Shown here: positions 50,562 to 63,633 of the stretch, piece after piece | How the letters are laid out: the number at the start of each line of letters is the position of its first letter | Numbering within the stretch: the first letter of the stretch is position 1 | NCBI RefSeq assembly: GCF_963921235.1 | Contig: NC_086102.1 | Span: 161,324,001 to 161,388,000, forward strand | From: Mobula hypostoma | Taxonomy: Eukaryota | DNA: 64,000 nt | Reading direction: 5' to 3' | Notes under the pieces: model-generated | Database searches by the model: none | What the model saw: the letters and a program-made list of their open reading frames with translations, nothing else | Told to the model about the DNA's origin: nothing | Translations under genes and position numbers: made by a program

Positions 50562-53500
50562 AATTATTTTTTGATGATGGCAGTGGATGTCTGGAAAGCA
50601 GAGAAAACCTGCGAGATGCATTTTCTGATGCTGAAGATTATTTAGATCAGGGTCTTGTTTCTGCTAGACGTTGTGCAAGCAGAACCTCTTCTGTAGGTTC
50701 ATGGTCTGAAAATTTCAGGCCATCATTTACAGAAAAGTTGAAATTCAAATCTGTAATGGAAGGAGAGCAAACTACTTTTAAATGTAAAATGGTAGCCAGC
50801 CCAGTGCCAAAAGTAGCATGGTTTCATAACAACAGACCTATTCGTAAAGATTCAAGAAAGATTATTAAAACAGAAAGCACAATGCACATTCATAGTTCAA
50901 GTTTGGAAATCAATAACGTAGAAGAGAAAGATTCTGGAAGTTACAAAATATTTGCAATAAACTCAGAGGGATCGGCAGAATCAACTGCATCTTTACTTGT
51001 TGCACTTAAAGAGGAGCAAAATGAAAACTATCTGAGTTTTGTGAAAAGATCTGTGCTGGCTCACAGAAGTGTAGACTCCTTAGTTAAAAATCGAAATGCA
51101 AGACTTAAAGTTGATCTTAGACATGTCGGGTCTCCCTTTGATAAAAAACATGAGATTTATGGAGCTTTGCAAAAGAAGCCAAGTACTAGAAGCAGATTGG
51201 TGCGTACTATGTATTTTGAAAGTCCATTTACTGCAACTAAACATAAAGATCTTGCTGTTAGTAAGTCTGCTAAGGTATACTCACCTAGGTTATGTGGAAT
51301 GATTCTCGACAAAGAGAGCTTGATTGATGAAGACATTAGGATTAAACTGCATCTTTTACGTGAAGCTAAAAGGAAAAAGAGATTTTCTCTTGCACTGTCT
51401 GAAGCTTCATTTGACCTAGGAACAACAACTGAAGACTACAGCCATAGTTATTTAGACAGGGAGCGCAGCAGAAGTGTGGGAGACCTTGACTGCATGAATT
51501 GTGAACATGGTAAATCTTACTTAGTGCAAGAGCAGATACAGTCTTCTGGTGAATACGTCCAGAAGCAACCTCTTGAATTTCAACAAAAAATGGAACAGAT
51601 AATAGGACTTCCTGCAGGGAAAAGAGAATTAAAAAGTACCACTGGAGAATATATAATTGAAGAATCTTCTGGAACAATAGGTACAAACTCATTAAGAGAG
51701 CAATTCCTGAAAGGTGGTCCATCCCAAGAAACAGAAGAATTGCATGAAAATCAATATTGGTTGGAAGCAGAGGAATCTGGTGAATGTTATCTTCAGAAAG
51801 ACTATGTTACAAGAAAAGAAGCAAAGAGTCAACTTTGTGAAAAACCACATGTACCTACTGATCAACTGTTTGGAGAATATATTAGTGTGCAGAAGGATTT
51901 ACAATCAAAACATTTGAGAGAGACATGTGATGTTTTTATATCTGGAATCAATAAAGCACAGGCATTCAGGGAAACTGAGGTAATGAAACAAGCAGCACAA
52001 TTTGCAGATAGTGAGTGTGCAGAAATTTTATTGAAGGAAAAGGAGATTTCAACACCAGTAAAACAAACTCAGCTAGAGATAAAAGAATCTGAAAATAAAT
52101 ATAAGCTCAAGAAAAATATTGGTGTAATTTCCAATAAGAGGACTGAAAGTTTGCAGGCCTCACTTGCAAGGAAAACTGAATATTTTCATTCTCTGTTTGA
52201 CCACTCTAAAGCAACAGAAAAATATGAATCTAGTTTCACTGAAAAGGAAGACATTACAAGAGAGTATACACAAAATCTGATTCCTTCTTCCTTTCCAGAT
52301 AAAAACATTTCAGTCCTTGTCAGTACACCTTTGGATGCTAATGCTGTTGAAATAAATAAAACCTCAGGTAAATGTGAAACCAAAGAAAATCCTGCTATTA
52401 CTTATGACAAATTAACTGGAAGCATCTTCCTAAAGCAGATGTCTGGATTTGATTGCAGAACTGTTGACCAAACAAAATCTGCTTCCAAAGAAAATGAGGC
52501 AATAAGAATCATCGATATAAATGAAAATGTGCTGCAGAATGAAGGTAAAATTAACAATGATCCCCAGACACTTATGCCCTCTACTTTATCAGAGAAGAAA
52601 GAAATTTCAAGTTTTATTAGTTCCTTGATTAAAGATGCACCGGAAGATGTAAAACACATTCCATATAAAAGTCAGGAAATAAACTATGAAATAACTGTGG
52701 ATGCATGGCCTGAAAGATGCTTGAGAAATCAAAATGATTTACTAGTACAGAAACCAGGAGTTGCTCATGAAATATCTGATCACACTCCATCAGAGATGAT
52801 AGATTTTGATGATATCAATCAGAAAGAAACCCAATATGAAGAAGAGATTACAGATTCTACCCATTTAATGAGGCATTCTCCTTTGACAGCAAAGACAAGA
52901 GAAGCATCAGCCATTTTTAGGCCAGTGATAAAGCAATTTCCGGGGGAAATAAAGCACCCTCCAAAAGAGTCTGAGGTTCATGAAGAAGATGAGCCAGCAT
53001 CTGAACAAAGTTGCAGAAATTTTATTCACGTGGAAAAGTGCCGTCCAGAAGCAAGATCTGAAGATGGCCATGAAATTCAGATGGCTGATCAATCCAAGTT
53101 AGCAGTAAAACAAGTAGGTGTGATTGATGTGCCTGAAATTAGTCCAAATGAACAGTATGAAGGCAAGGTTAAAGATTTCACTTTAATTTTGGAACCTTCT
53201 GATTCACAGAACAAACATACATTCCTAAAAGAAACAGCAGCTGAAATGAGGGAACCTCCATATAAATCTGAAGTTAATGAAGGTGATACGAAACATCCTG
53301 ACCACTTTGCTGGTAGTTTTGTTAGTGCAATGAGAGAGCTTGTAACAGAAAAATCTGAAGAGGATATTGAAACATTCAGTATTTGCACCCCTGTGGTTAA
53401 AAGTGCATTCCAAATAATAAAGCCGTCTTTACCTGCTCGAAAAGACGTGTCAACTCCTTTAAATACACGTGAACCCACGGAAGACTATAATTCAGCTAAT

Positions 53501-54422
53501 ATGCAGCAGTGTGGAAATTTGTTCCAAGCACAAAGAGGATTTTTGCCAGGGAAACTTGATGAAAATCATCAAGTGTACTTCCAATCCTTAAAGGCAGGAA
53601 AAGAAGCTGAGGTGATTTATGAAGATAAAATAAGACAGAAAGAATCACAATCTGAAGCAGCAGTTCTAAATTCCACATGGATGGTGAAGACTTCCTCTTT
53701 ATCAGAGGACAAGGAAACTTCAGTTTGTACAAGCTCCTTGAAAAAACAATCACCAGTAGACACAAAAGATTCTCCTTGCAACTTTGAATTTGAGGAAGAC
53801 CACGTGAAAGCTTTGAAAAATTTTACCAGCATTGACAAAGAAGTTCCAGCGGAGAAACTGGAAGATGTCAAAATAATACCCCATAAATCGGCACTCACAG
53901 AGACAGCAATGATTAATAGATCTGAAATTGGTCAGAAACATCAATGGGAAATTGAAGGCCCATCTTATACTGTGAACCTCAACCAAACAGTGGAAACACC
54001 TAACTTAAAAGATCAAAAACAGGCTCTAGAATCATTCAGTTCATTGATAAAAGAGGCACCAGAAGAAGAGCAACATAATAAATGTATTGATCTGAAAGAA
54101 TCCCCAGAAGCAGAGACTCATTCCAATCAACTTGACAACCATTGTCCGCCAGTAATTGTTCACTATATTACATCTCCTAAAATAAAACAAGGAGCTCCTT
54201 GTGTGCTTGAATGTCAATTTCATGGGAACCCACAACCTACTGTAATTTGGTACAAGGATGAGCGTCCAATTCCACAAAATAGGGATTATGATATCTACTC
54301 CACAGAAAATAAATCCTTGTTGACTATTAGCTATACACGCAAAGAACATGAAGGAATTTATTCATGCGTGATATTCAACCAGTATGGTACTGCAACAACA
54401 ACTTGCGTCCTTACTTTACAAG
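50562..54422 (+). CDS. TTN: Titin novex-3, 5' part (Ig, ~1000-aa unique sequence, Ig)
   Basis: Poly-T/CTACAG acceptor; ELFFDDGSG...RDAFSDAED...KDSGSYKIFAINSEGSAESTASLLV matches novex-3 as recalled; 3861 nt with no stop; donor CAA G|GTAAAA. Confidence 0.92.
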
Positions 54423-54520
54423 GTAAAATTCATTATACTTCATTTTGTAATTATTTTTTTAAAGTATGTTGCAATAAGATAACTGAAGATCATAAATTAT
54501 TATTTTTTTTTACTTTTCAG

Positions 54521-57500
54521 ATACTGGACCATTTGAAGAACCTTTGAAAACATTTAATATGCATGTGATAGAAACACCAGAGGACTATGCTGAAAAAGAA
54601 TATCCGGACCATCAGGTTGAAAAGGAAGTTGAGTTTTATTTTCCACCAGCTCCACTAATAAAATCCACACTGCAAATACCAAATGTTTCAGTACCCCCAC
54701 CACGTCCAGTAAATTTGTCTACTCTATCATCTGTTGTTGAAATTAAAATAACTGCTCCAACTCCAACACCAGAGCGAGATGAAAAAAAGAGAGAATTATT
54801 TCAATTAGATGAGGTTGAATGGACAGGTTCACCTCAAGAACCCTCCTCTCAATCTACAAAACATAAATTTAAGTTTTCATTTGATGTAATTTGTGAACCT
54901 CCAGAAGTTGTAAAAGAGTTGGATAAGATTTGTTGTACAGAAGGAGAAACAGTGATGTTTGAATGTGTAATTTCTGGTGAGCCAGCACCTGTTGTTACGT
55001 GGATTCAAAATGATAGAGTTTTAACTTGTGATACAAGCAAACACCAATTTGAAGAGAGTGGAGGAACTTATAGATTGTATATTAATGATGTTTCAGAATC
55101 TGATGTGGGGAACTATACGTGCATAGCTAAAAATAAGGATGGGGAAGCACAGAGTACATCTAGTCTCACACTAGAACCTGTAATGCATAGTTTCATTTAC
55201 CATCTGAAAGATATTGAGTTATCTGAGGATGAAACAGAATCACCTGTTAGTAAAATGGGCCAGGGTGAAGATGTTGAGCAGCAATGTCAGAAGGAAAACA
55301 GCAATAATTCTCTTCCATTAAATTCAGAGAAACGAATCATTCATGTTGATTCTGAAGTTGGTGATTTTTCTCCAACCACTGCAGATGAATTTTCAAGCAT
55401 TGTTTCATCTTTAAAGGAAGAGAGCGGTGAAGTTGTATTGGACTCATTGAGTTCTTTTGATAATGAACTTTTAAGTAAAAGTTTACCTTTAAGAGAAGAA
55501 AGTAATGAAATAGTTGCAGAATCAGTGACTAATTTTGTTGATGATATTTCAAATAAATGTCCTTCTTTAGAAGTAATTAATACTACAATAATAAGAAATT
55601 CAGATGTGACAGGGTCAAAAGCAGAGAAAATAACAGAAGAAACCTGTTCTGTCAGCCAATATTTACGCGATCTTGATAAAAGTCGTAAGTTATCAGAAGG
55701 TCAGGAGATGAATAAAGAAATAGAAGTAAAAGACATCAAGTGTGCATTTTTAGAAGAAGTTCATGAAGATAGTTTACTTTCAGAAGGTGGAATTAAGCAA
55801 GTTGTTGAAAGTAATAAAGGAGAAGTAGAAAAAATTACCTCAGAGATGGAGTTAAGTCATTCAGTGTTTCAGAAAAATATTTGTGATATTGGTGAAGATT
55901 CAGTGGAAACATTTTCTAAGAAGGATGAGCCGAGTGAAAATATTTCCATTGCACAATATCTCCTTACTGCAAGAGAGGAAGAAGCACCAATTCATGATTG
56001 GGAAAACAATGAGGCCTTTCAGCATGATGAGTCTGGGATTACTTCAATGGAAGTTGAAGAAGTAACATTTTCTGCTGTTTATGACTATTATAATCAAAAT
56101 GAAGAATGGACACGGTCCCTTTCTCCTGAATCTGAAATGTCAATTGAAATTAGTAGCACAATTAGCGATGAAATAGCAGAGAATGAAAGATTTTATACAC
56201 CACCCTTGGCTTCAGAAAATTTTAGATCTGTTGTATCTGCAGAGTCATTTCATACACCACTTCAGTCACCTGGCTTTGTGACTCCAGAAGAAAGATTGCC
56301 ATCACTTAACGCTGTGGGTAGATCTCCTAATTATGAACTAGAAAGATTTTACACGCCATCAGACCATTTTAGATCACCAATAGATGAGGGTATTGAAACA
56401 ACACCTATTGAATGTTCAAGACTTTCTACTGAAGAGCAAAGATTGGAGGCATTTTCAACTCCTCCACAAGAAGCTGAAGCTAAAGGAAATGAAATGCCTC
56501 CAGCATTTATTAAACCCCTTACTAGGAAAAGGATTCATGAAGGAGGCTCACTTACATTTATTACAGAAGTAATTGGTTGCCCAATTCCAGATGTGAAGTG
56601 GTATAGAAGAAAATTGTTATTAGAGCGAAATCACAAAATTAGAGTAGAAAGAGAAGGAAATCTGTGCATTTTAGTGATCGATAACATGCAAAGAGAAGAT
56701 GAAGGAGAGTATATTTGCAATGCTGTTAACGTTGTAGGAGAAGCGAAAAGTATTGCTCAGGTGGATGTTTTAGCACAAGATGCAAAGTTAGTTGCATTGC
56801 CACCACCAGTGACACATCAACATGTGATAGAGTTTGATGTACAGCAAGAACAAACATCAAGATCTCCTTCACCTCAAGAAATTCTTCTGGAAGTTGAACT
56901 TGATGAACATGAAGTGAAGGAATTTGAAAAACAGATTAAAATTATTACAATTCCTGAATTCACTCCTGACAATAAAAATATGATCATCTCACTAGATGTC
57001 CTTCCTGTGATGATTGCTGATGAGTATAATGTAGGCTTGACAGCAAAAGAAAATGGAGATGTGAAAATTGATTTAGAAGTCACTGAAATGCCCCCACGGT
57101 TTACTAGTTATATTTTTGATCTTGATATTCCAGAAAACACTGATGCAGTATTTGAATGTTCTGTGACAGGTATTCCTCCTCCAGAAATAACATGGTTCAA
57201 AGATGATTTGCATATAACTGTGGATGGTACGAAATACATTAGAAAAGATAATTCAAATCATAGTCTTAAAATAACAAATGTTTGTCCTTCTGACAATGGC
57301 ATATACAGTTGCAAGTTAGTGAATAGTGTTGGAGAAGCAACATGTAGAGGATATCTTGCAGTAACAAACTCAAACATGGCACTAACAAAAGCAAGTGGTA
57401 GAGCTGTAGCTGCTTTATCACTGGCTGGTGCTCATGAACGTTCACAGGAATTAGATGTTGTTGTTGGTGATTCTTCGCCAGATGTCAATCATAGTTCAGA

Positions 57501-57999
57501 ATTTGAGGTTGAGTTTGAATTTGAGCAAGGCAGAGATGAATCTCAGAAATCCGTGAAACTTGTTGCTGTAACAGAGAAAGGAAATAAGGAAAAAGGAGAA
57601 AAATGTGTGAATATCAATTTTGATGTATTTGCTGAACCTGCCAAAGATGAGACAATTCAGTTTAAAGCAGAGGCTTCTGAAACATGTTCATTTGAATTTC
57701 AAGTAACAGAGATTCCACCCAAGTTTGTGATTTCACTTCTTGACTGCAACACAGCCATAGGGAACACAGCATCTTTTCAATGCTATGTAACTGGTACTCC
57801 AAAACCAAGTATAAATTGGTATTTCAATGACAGAATACTTGAAGGTACCAATTACCTAACTGGGGAAAAAGATTCTGGGCAACATTATCTGAACATTGTA
57901 GGTGTTACAGAAAGTGATGCTGGAGTCTACAAGTGCAAAGCCGTTAACAAAGCTGGAAATGCAGTTACATGTGCTGTTTTAAAAGTATTTTATGCATAA
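54521..57999 (+). CDS. TTN: Titin novex-3, 3' terminal part ending in a stop codon
   Basis: TTTTTTACTTTTCAG acceptor; contains novex-3 signatures ITSMEVEEVTF, EMPPAFIKPL, VALPPPVTHQHVIEFD; four Ig domains; TAA at 57997-57999. Confidence 0.92.
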
Positions 58000-58097
58000 A
58001 ATACTTCTGAATGTCCTTTACATACTTAGAATAATGAAGTATTTTGATATTTATCATATGTAGCATGTTTAGGGATGTGTTAATTTCTGACACAGTA

Positions 58098-58103
58098 ATT
58101 AAA
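58098..58103 (+). promoter_or_regulatory. Candidate polyadenylation signal (ATTAAA) for the novex-3 transcript
   Basis: First hexamer I found after the stop, followed by a T/GT-rich tract. AATAAA alternatives at 59066 and 59585. Confidence 0.3.
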
Positions 58104-61100
58104 TTGATTTTAACATTACAAATTTTATTTGGTATTGCTAAAATGTTGAAAAATTTACCCTGGAGTAGTGTATCAGTAGGAAAGCTGATATTTAGATGTT
58201 TAAAACATTAATCAAGTTAAAATACTGAACATTTTGGATTAAGGACATGAAAAGGTCTGGCTAGTGAGGCTAGTTTGTTGAAAATATTGATAACTCAAGA
58301 GATTTTGCATGAAGCAGCTAAACCATTAATGTTTAACCTCTTAAACTGTGATTATATTGCATCTGGTCACAATGAAGGTTACAGAATTACAGAACTTCCT
58401 TTACAATAACTGTAACAAAATTTTACTTTTATATACACTTGATCTTTTTTTCAATTTATGTTGTATATTCACCATCAGACGTAACTTCCTCCTTTTTAGT
58501 TCTTATAGTGTGAGTAAAATATAAAGACATACAGTTGCATTGATGCAAATTAGTTCTATCATTGCTCCTCTATTTCCTGTTCAATATTATGATGTATTTA
58601 AAAATACCAGGGCAAACTGAATAGGTTGATAGAAGCTTTATTGGGACATTGTAGTTTAGGATGAGTAGACATAATTTCAAAATCAGAACCAGGTTTTTCA
58701 AAAAATGAATATAGAAAGACTAATACAAGCAGACATTAATAGAAGTTTGGAATCCTCATCTACAGATGGCAATTACTGTTAAGTCATTAAGTATAATACT
58801 CATAGTTTCTGTTATTGAAATTAATTAGTATCTAAATGTCAGAACAGACTTAACGGACTATTGGTTAATTACAGTTATTTTGTTCCTTTTTTCATTTGGA
58901 CGTAAGTATTATTTGAAACATCTATCATTTTAAAAACTTAAATGATTTAGGTTAGTTATGCTGAACTTAATATGACATTCTTCTGACAATATTTTATATG
59001 GATCATGAACCTTATTTATTTTAATCCATCTAAAGTATAAATTATTGCTTTATAGGGAAATACCAAATAAATCATTTGCTAATGTCTTTCACAACTACAG
59101 AATAATATATAAAAATCTAGTATCCTTGAGCTACATGAAAGTGACCTCTCAAATATTGTGTGTTGCAATTGGGAGAAAGATAAACCAAATTAAATTTCTA
59201 AAAAGGGTGCTAACTATCATAAGGCATTCTGAGATGGTCAGATTTCGAGCAGGTCAGAATCCGTGCCTTAGGATGGAATATTATAGATGCTTAAACATGA
59301 TTGTTTTGGTGGCTTTTAAGTATCAATCTGAAAAGTCTAATTCCAATAATTAGAAATAATTAAATTTTATCTACTCTCTCCTCATCTTCTTTTACCTTCC
59401 TTCCCATTTCTTAGCTAAAGTAGAAAAGAATCTATTCCCAGATTTCTACTGCTAGAAAGTGAAGAGTCCATTTGACTCTGCTTCACTTTCCAGCCTTCTA
59501 ATAAAAAGGTGTTTACCATTTCTGTCTTATCCTGTTACCTTCATAAATGAGGCAGGAAATTTGTTGTTGTGGAATCGTACATTAAATAAACAAATCTTGC
59601 CATTCTGTGCTTTAGTTCATTTAAAAACATATAATATTTCTAATAATCTACATGTTTAAAATTAGATTTATTCATTGCTTTTTGTATTACTTTATTGTTT
59701 TTGTTAATACATTTGTCCTGTCTTTAGACATTAGCAAGGTTCAGAGTCAAAAATGTAAACTTTGGTTCAGACTGAACTAATGTTTGCTGTTGGAGGAAGT
59801 TTATTAAAGGTCATGATGGAGTTTCGTAGGTACTGGGGGAATTATTAGTCTGGCAGTCAGACAGTAAAATATTTGATGAGTCCAGAGATTTCAAAAATAA
59901 TTTAATAGAGATTATTTCAAAGTGGAAATCTCCTCTTTGATAATCTTGCAAATAATAAAATTGTTTCTGCATCTTTATGAGTCAGATCATTGCAGATCAT
60001 TTTAATATTTACTTTCTAATCAGTTAATCTTACATTTTAAATTAAGTTATTTCATTGCATTGAGTCATTTTTGCACAAACTATATAAAATATGTGATATT
60101 TTAAAATTAACAAGCTTTAGTGGTTTGGATTCCGAAAGTTCATGGCCAATTTATTGAAGTTGTAAATTTAGAAAGCAGGTACCTTTCGTGACATCAGCAT
60201 GAGTATTTTAATAAGCACACTTCTAATGATAATCTCAGTATGGTAATCTAGTTGCTTGAAAGCATACATTGTTTCCTGTTTTATATGGCACATTTGACAT
60301 GATATTAAAGTGTGATTATTATTGCACCTGTTGCGAGGAACTGTTGAATGCTACAACTATTCATTCCTTCTGCAGGTTTCTATTGTTAGTAATTGTAGTT
60401 ATGTTTTATTTTACTGTGAACACTTATGTGTACGCAGCTCCTGGCTCTGTTGTCATGTAAATATACAGCTGGTATGCAAGATATAGTCTCTTTTGATTAT
60501 CCCACCACTGCTTAAGACAGAAACTTATACTAAGTTCTGGTTCCAAGGGTGGTAGCAGCTTCCTCTCGTGCTCCTGAACTAAGTGCTTTGATGTTTGCTT
60601 GTTGGGATAAATAGTTTAATTGTAAGTCAATACAGTGAATGTAATCTTGCACTTAATAACTGCAAATACTCCCGTTATGGATTGTTTGAGATCAGCCTGC
60701 AACTGTTGGCTGTTTTCTTGTACTATAGCTTGGAATTACTGATATCAATTTTAACATTTCATTGCTGTCTAGGTAAGAGAAGTTAACCTAAATCAGAGAT
60801 TTATAGGTAGCTTTCAGCTGTTTTGTAGACAATCAAAATTACAGCATTGATTTTGCTATCACCAGGTGCAATATATTCTTACAATATCATAGGAATACAA
60901 TATCTCTTGATGTGACTTAACAATCAAATTTTGATATATTTGATGAGAAATATGTATTTCACTGAATGAATAAAGCTTATATTAGAAATTACTTTTAAGT
61001 CTGTTGAAAATTTGTAGCATGCACTACATTTTTGTGTGATAGTAACACTATCATGAATGCCCTGGGCAATGATTCTAGATTTACAGAATGCCAGCCACTA

Positions 61101-61549
61101 CTAACAAACTTCAATCTATGTAGTTTCTTTTTTCCACTTTTGAGTCAGACATGCAAATATTGATCACGTATTGGATATTTTAATACCCAAGATAATTACG
61201 TGAAGACACAAATTTTGAATCAGTGAATTTGAATAAATGGTATGTTAAAACAATTTTAACGAAGTATGTTTTTATTTAAACTACTGTGGTGTTGCTAAAA
61301 TTGTTTTTAGGAAAAGTAAAACTTCCTTAATTTTCTGAGCTGATTCTATATACAGTGACATGCCTAGTACATATCTAGATTGAAGATAAATATTTAAAGA
61401 AGATTTATAGAATTTTAACCTTTTGGAGCAAAAGAAGCTTTCCACGAAGTGACATAAATAATTCTGGTGATTTTTGTTTGCTTTTCAATATTTAGCAGTA
61501 CTCACAATCAACATGCCTTCTAAACTTAAACATTTTATTTCTTACACAG

Positions 61550-63633
61550 AATTTTCTAGTTCTGTATTTATTGCTGCTGAGGATAAGAGGGAAGGTTTCT
61601 ACTTGAGTGAACTTAAAACATTTGAACTCAGCACTGAAATTCCTGTTCCGTTGAACATATTGGACAAAAAAATGATGCTGAGCTTTTAAAATCTGTGCCA
61701 GTATTCATCAAATGTATTTCTAAGATGGAGGTGGTTGTGGGAGATATAACTAAATTTTCTGCCACTCTTAGTGGGTTATCTGAACCCTCTATTCAGTGGT
61801 TTTATAATGGTAAAAAATTGACTCCTTCATTGAATTACAAGTTTGTTTATGCTAAGGATGAATGTAGTCTAATTATTCCTTACACAAAATGTATGGATGA
61901 AGGAGAATATACCTGTACAGCTACTAATGTGCTTGGTGAGACTTCATGTAGTGCATACCTAAAAATCAAGCTAAAGGATTTGGGAAATCAACTGCAAGAC
62001 CTCCAATGGCAAAACTTCCAGAAAAAAAGAGGAGTAGAGGAGCTATGATAGTAAAACAAACAAAAGCTTTCTTTGTATCTGGGGGTGAGGCACCACAGTT
62101 TTATAAATAATTTAAATCTTTGCAGTGCCTTAAAGACGTGCCTGCTAGATTTGAGTTTTTAGTTACAGGAAAGCCAATGCCAGATGTGCTTTGGTATAAG
62201 GGATAGTACCAGATCAGTCAGTGTGTGCATTACAACCTGAGTTACAACTCCAGTGGTTCTGGTTCACTAACTATCCATAATGCGCAGAAGGAGGATAGTG
62301 GCTGGGACTCCTGCAAAGCATTTAACTCATTTGGAGATGCAACTTGCACTGCAGAGAAAATTGTGATTACCAAGTAAAGAAGCACACCCAGACCAAGCAG
62401 AACAAACTGAATCCTTTGAAATGAAAATTGACAACTTGCTTTCTGAAGTCAAAACTGATCCTCTGCCAGAAAAATATCTCCCGTCTGTAACTCTACCTAT
62501 ACAGAGAAAGTGTTTACAATTGAAGAAAAAGAGCAGTGTGCAGTAATAAGAGTCTGATAATACTTTCAAACAGTTCAGTACTACAACAGACTGCGCAATA
62601 GTTGAAGATGGTTCTTTTGTCATTTTCGAAGCCATAAATACAGCAGTTTGTGAAAATAAATATGAACCAAAACTAACTTCAACTTCTGTGCAAGTTAAAG
62701 AAAACACAATGTCTATAGAAAGTACTAATATGCTAGAGTCTGCAGAAGAAGATTTTGTAATAGGGATCCAGAGGGACAGTTAGCAAGATTTCCATTGTTG
62801 CTTCAAGAAAAACAAATTATTGAAGAAGAATGCTCTTCAGATTTTAAGCTAGGTACAGTTGCAAAGCCAGCTGATAGGCTAGAAAAATTAGGCATCAGTA
62901 TCACTCCTGCAAAAAGGGCAGTAGAAGCTGTCAACATTGATGAAAGTAATTTGGATATGGGGAAGGATAGGATGGGAAGAACTGAACTAAAAATACAGAC
63001 TGAAGAGTTATTGCAATCTACAGTTACCCAGCAGTACCCAAAGAAAGCAGCACCTAGTTATAAAGGAAAACAGCAGCCAGTAGTTTCAGCAGATAAATCA
63101 ACATCGGGTGTATCAACTGAGGCTATATATCAGGAAACACAATCTCAACAACGTGTAGCAATGGCTAAATCAGAGGGTTTTTCTCAAGAATTTAAATCTG
63201 TAGAGTCAATTGGAAAAATGGAAGTTGTGAGTCATGTAAAAGATATTAGAGATGCAATATTTAGCACTGGTGCCCCTTCGCTGTCTGTTCTCGTCAAACC
63301 CTTGTATTTCTAAAATGAAAATGCCAAGCAAAACACTAATAAAAGGTACTATAGTCAATCCAATTATTATTAAAGGCCTTATTGATATCATCGCAGATGA
63401 AGGCAGCCAAGTGACATTTAGCACGTTGATAAAAGGAGTGAGAAGTGTAAATTGGTATATCAATGGGAAGAAAATTACTTCAAAAATTAGTTCAAATGTT
63501 TTCAGGATTTCGATGCATATTCACATAATCAACAAAGTACAGAAAGAAGAACATCAAGGAGAATATGTCTTTGAGATACTGATTGAAGCAAGAATAGCAA
63601 CTACTTCTGCAAAACTTACTGTTGTAATAAGAG
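61550..63633 (+). pseudogene. TTN: Pseudogenised titin N2B (cardiac) exon
   Basis: Begins EFSSS after a CAG acceptor. Three N2B-type Ig domains and the unique-sequence motif ARFPLLLQEKQ are recognisable but lie in different frames. In-frame TAA 62108 and TAG 62204 inside the second Ig; donor AGA G|GTTGGA at 63634. Confidence 0.88.

Noticed and set aside
54423-54547. Frameshift or assembly error between ORFs 50738-54547 and 54544-57999
   Set aside because: A canonical GT-AG intron at an Ig boundary restores the frame exactly.
51366-57083. Minus-strand ORFs overlapping the large titin exons (also 12775-13876)
   Set aside because: Shadow ORFs from codon bias with no recognisable domains.
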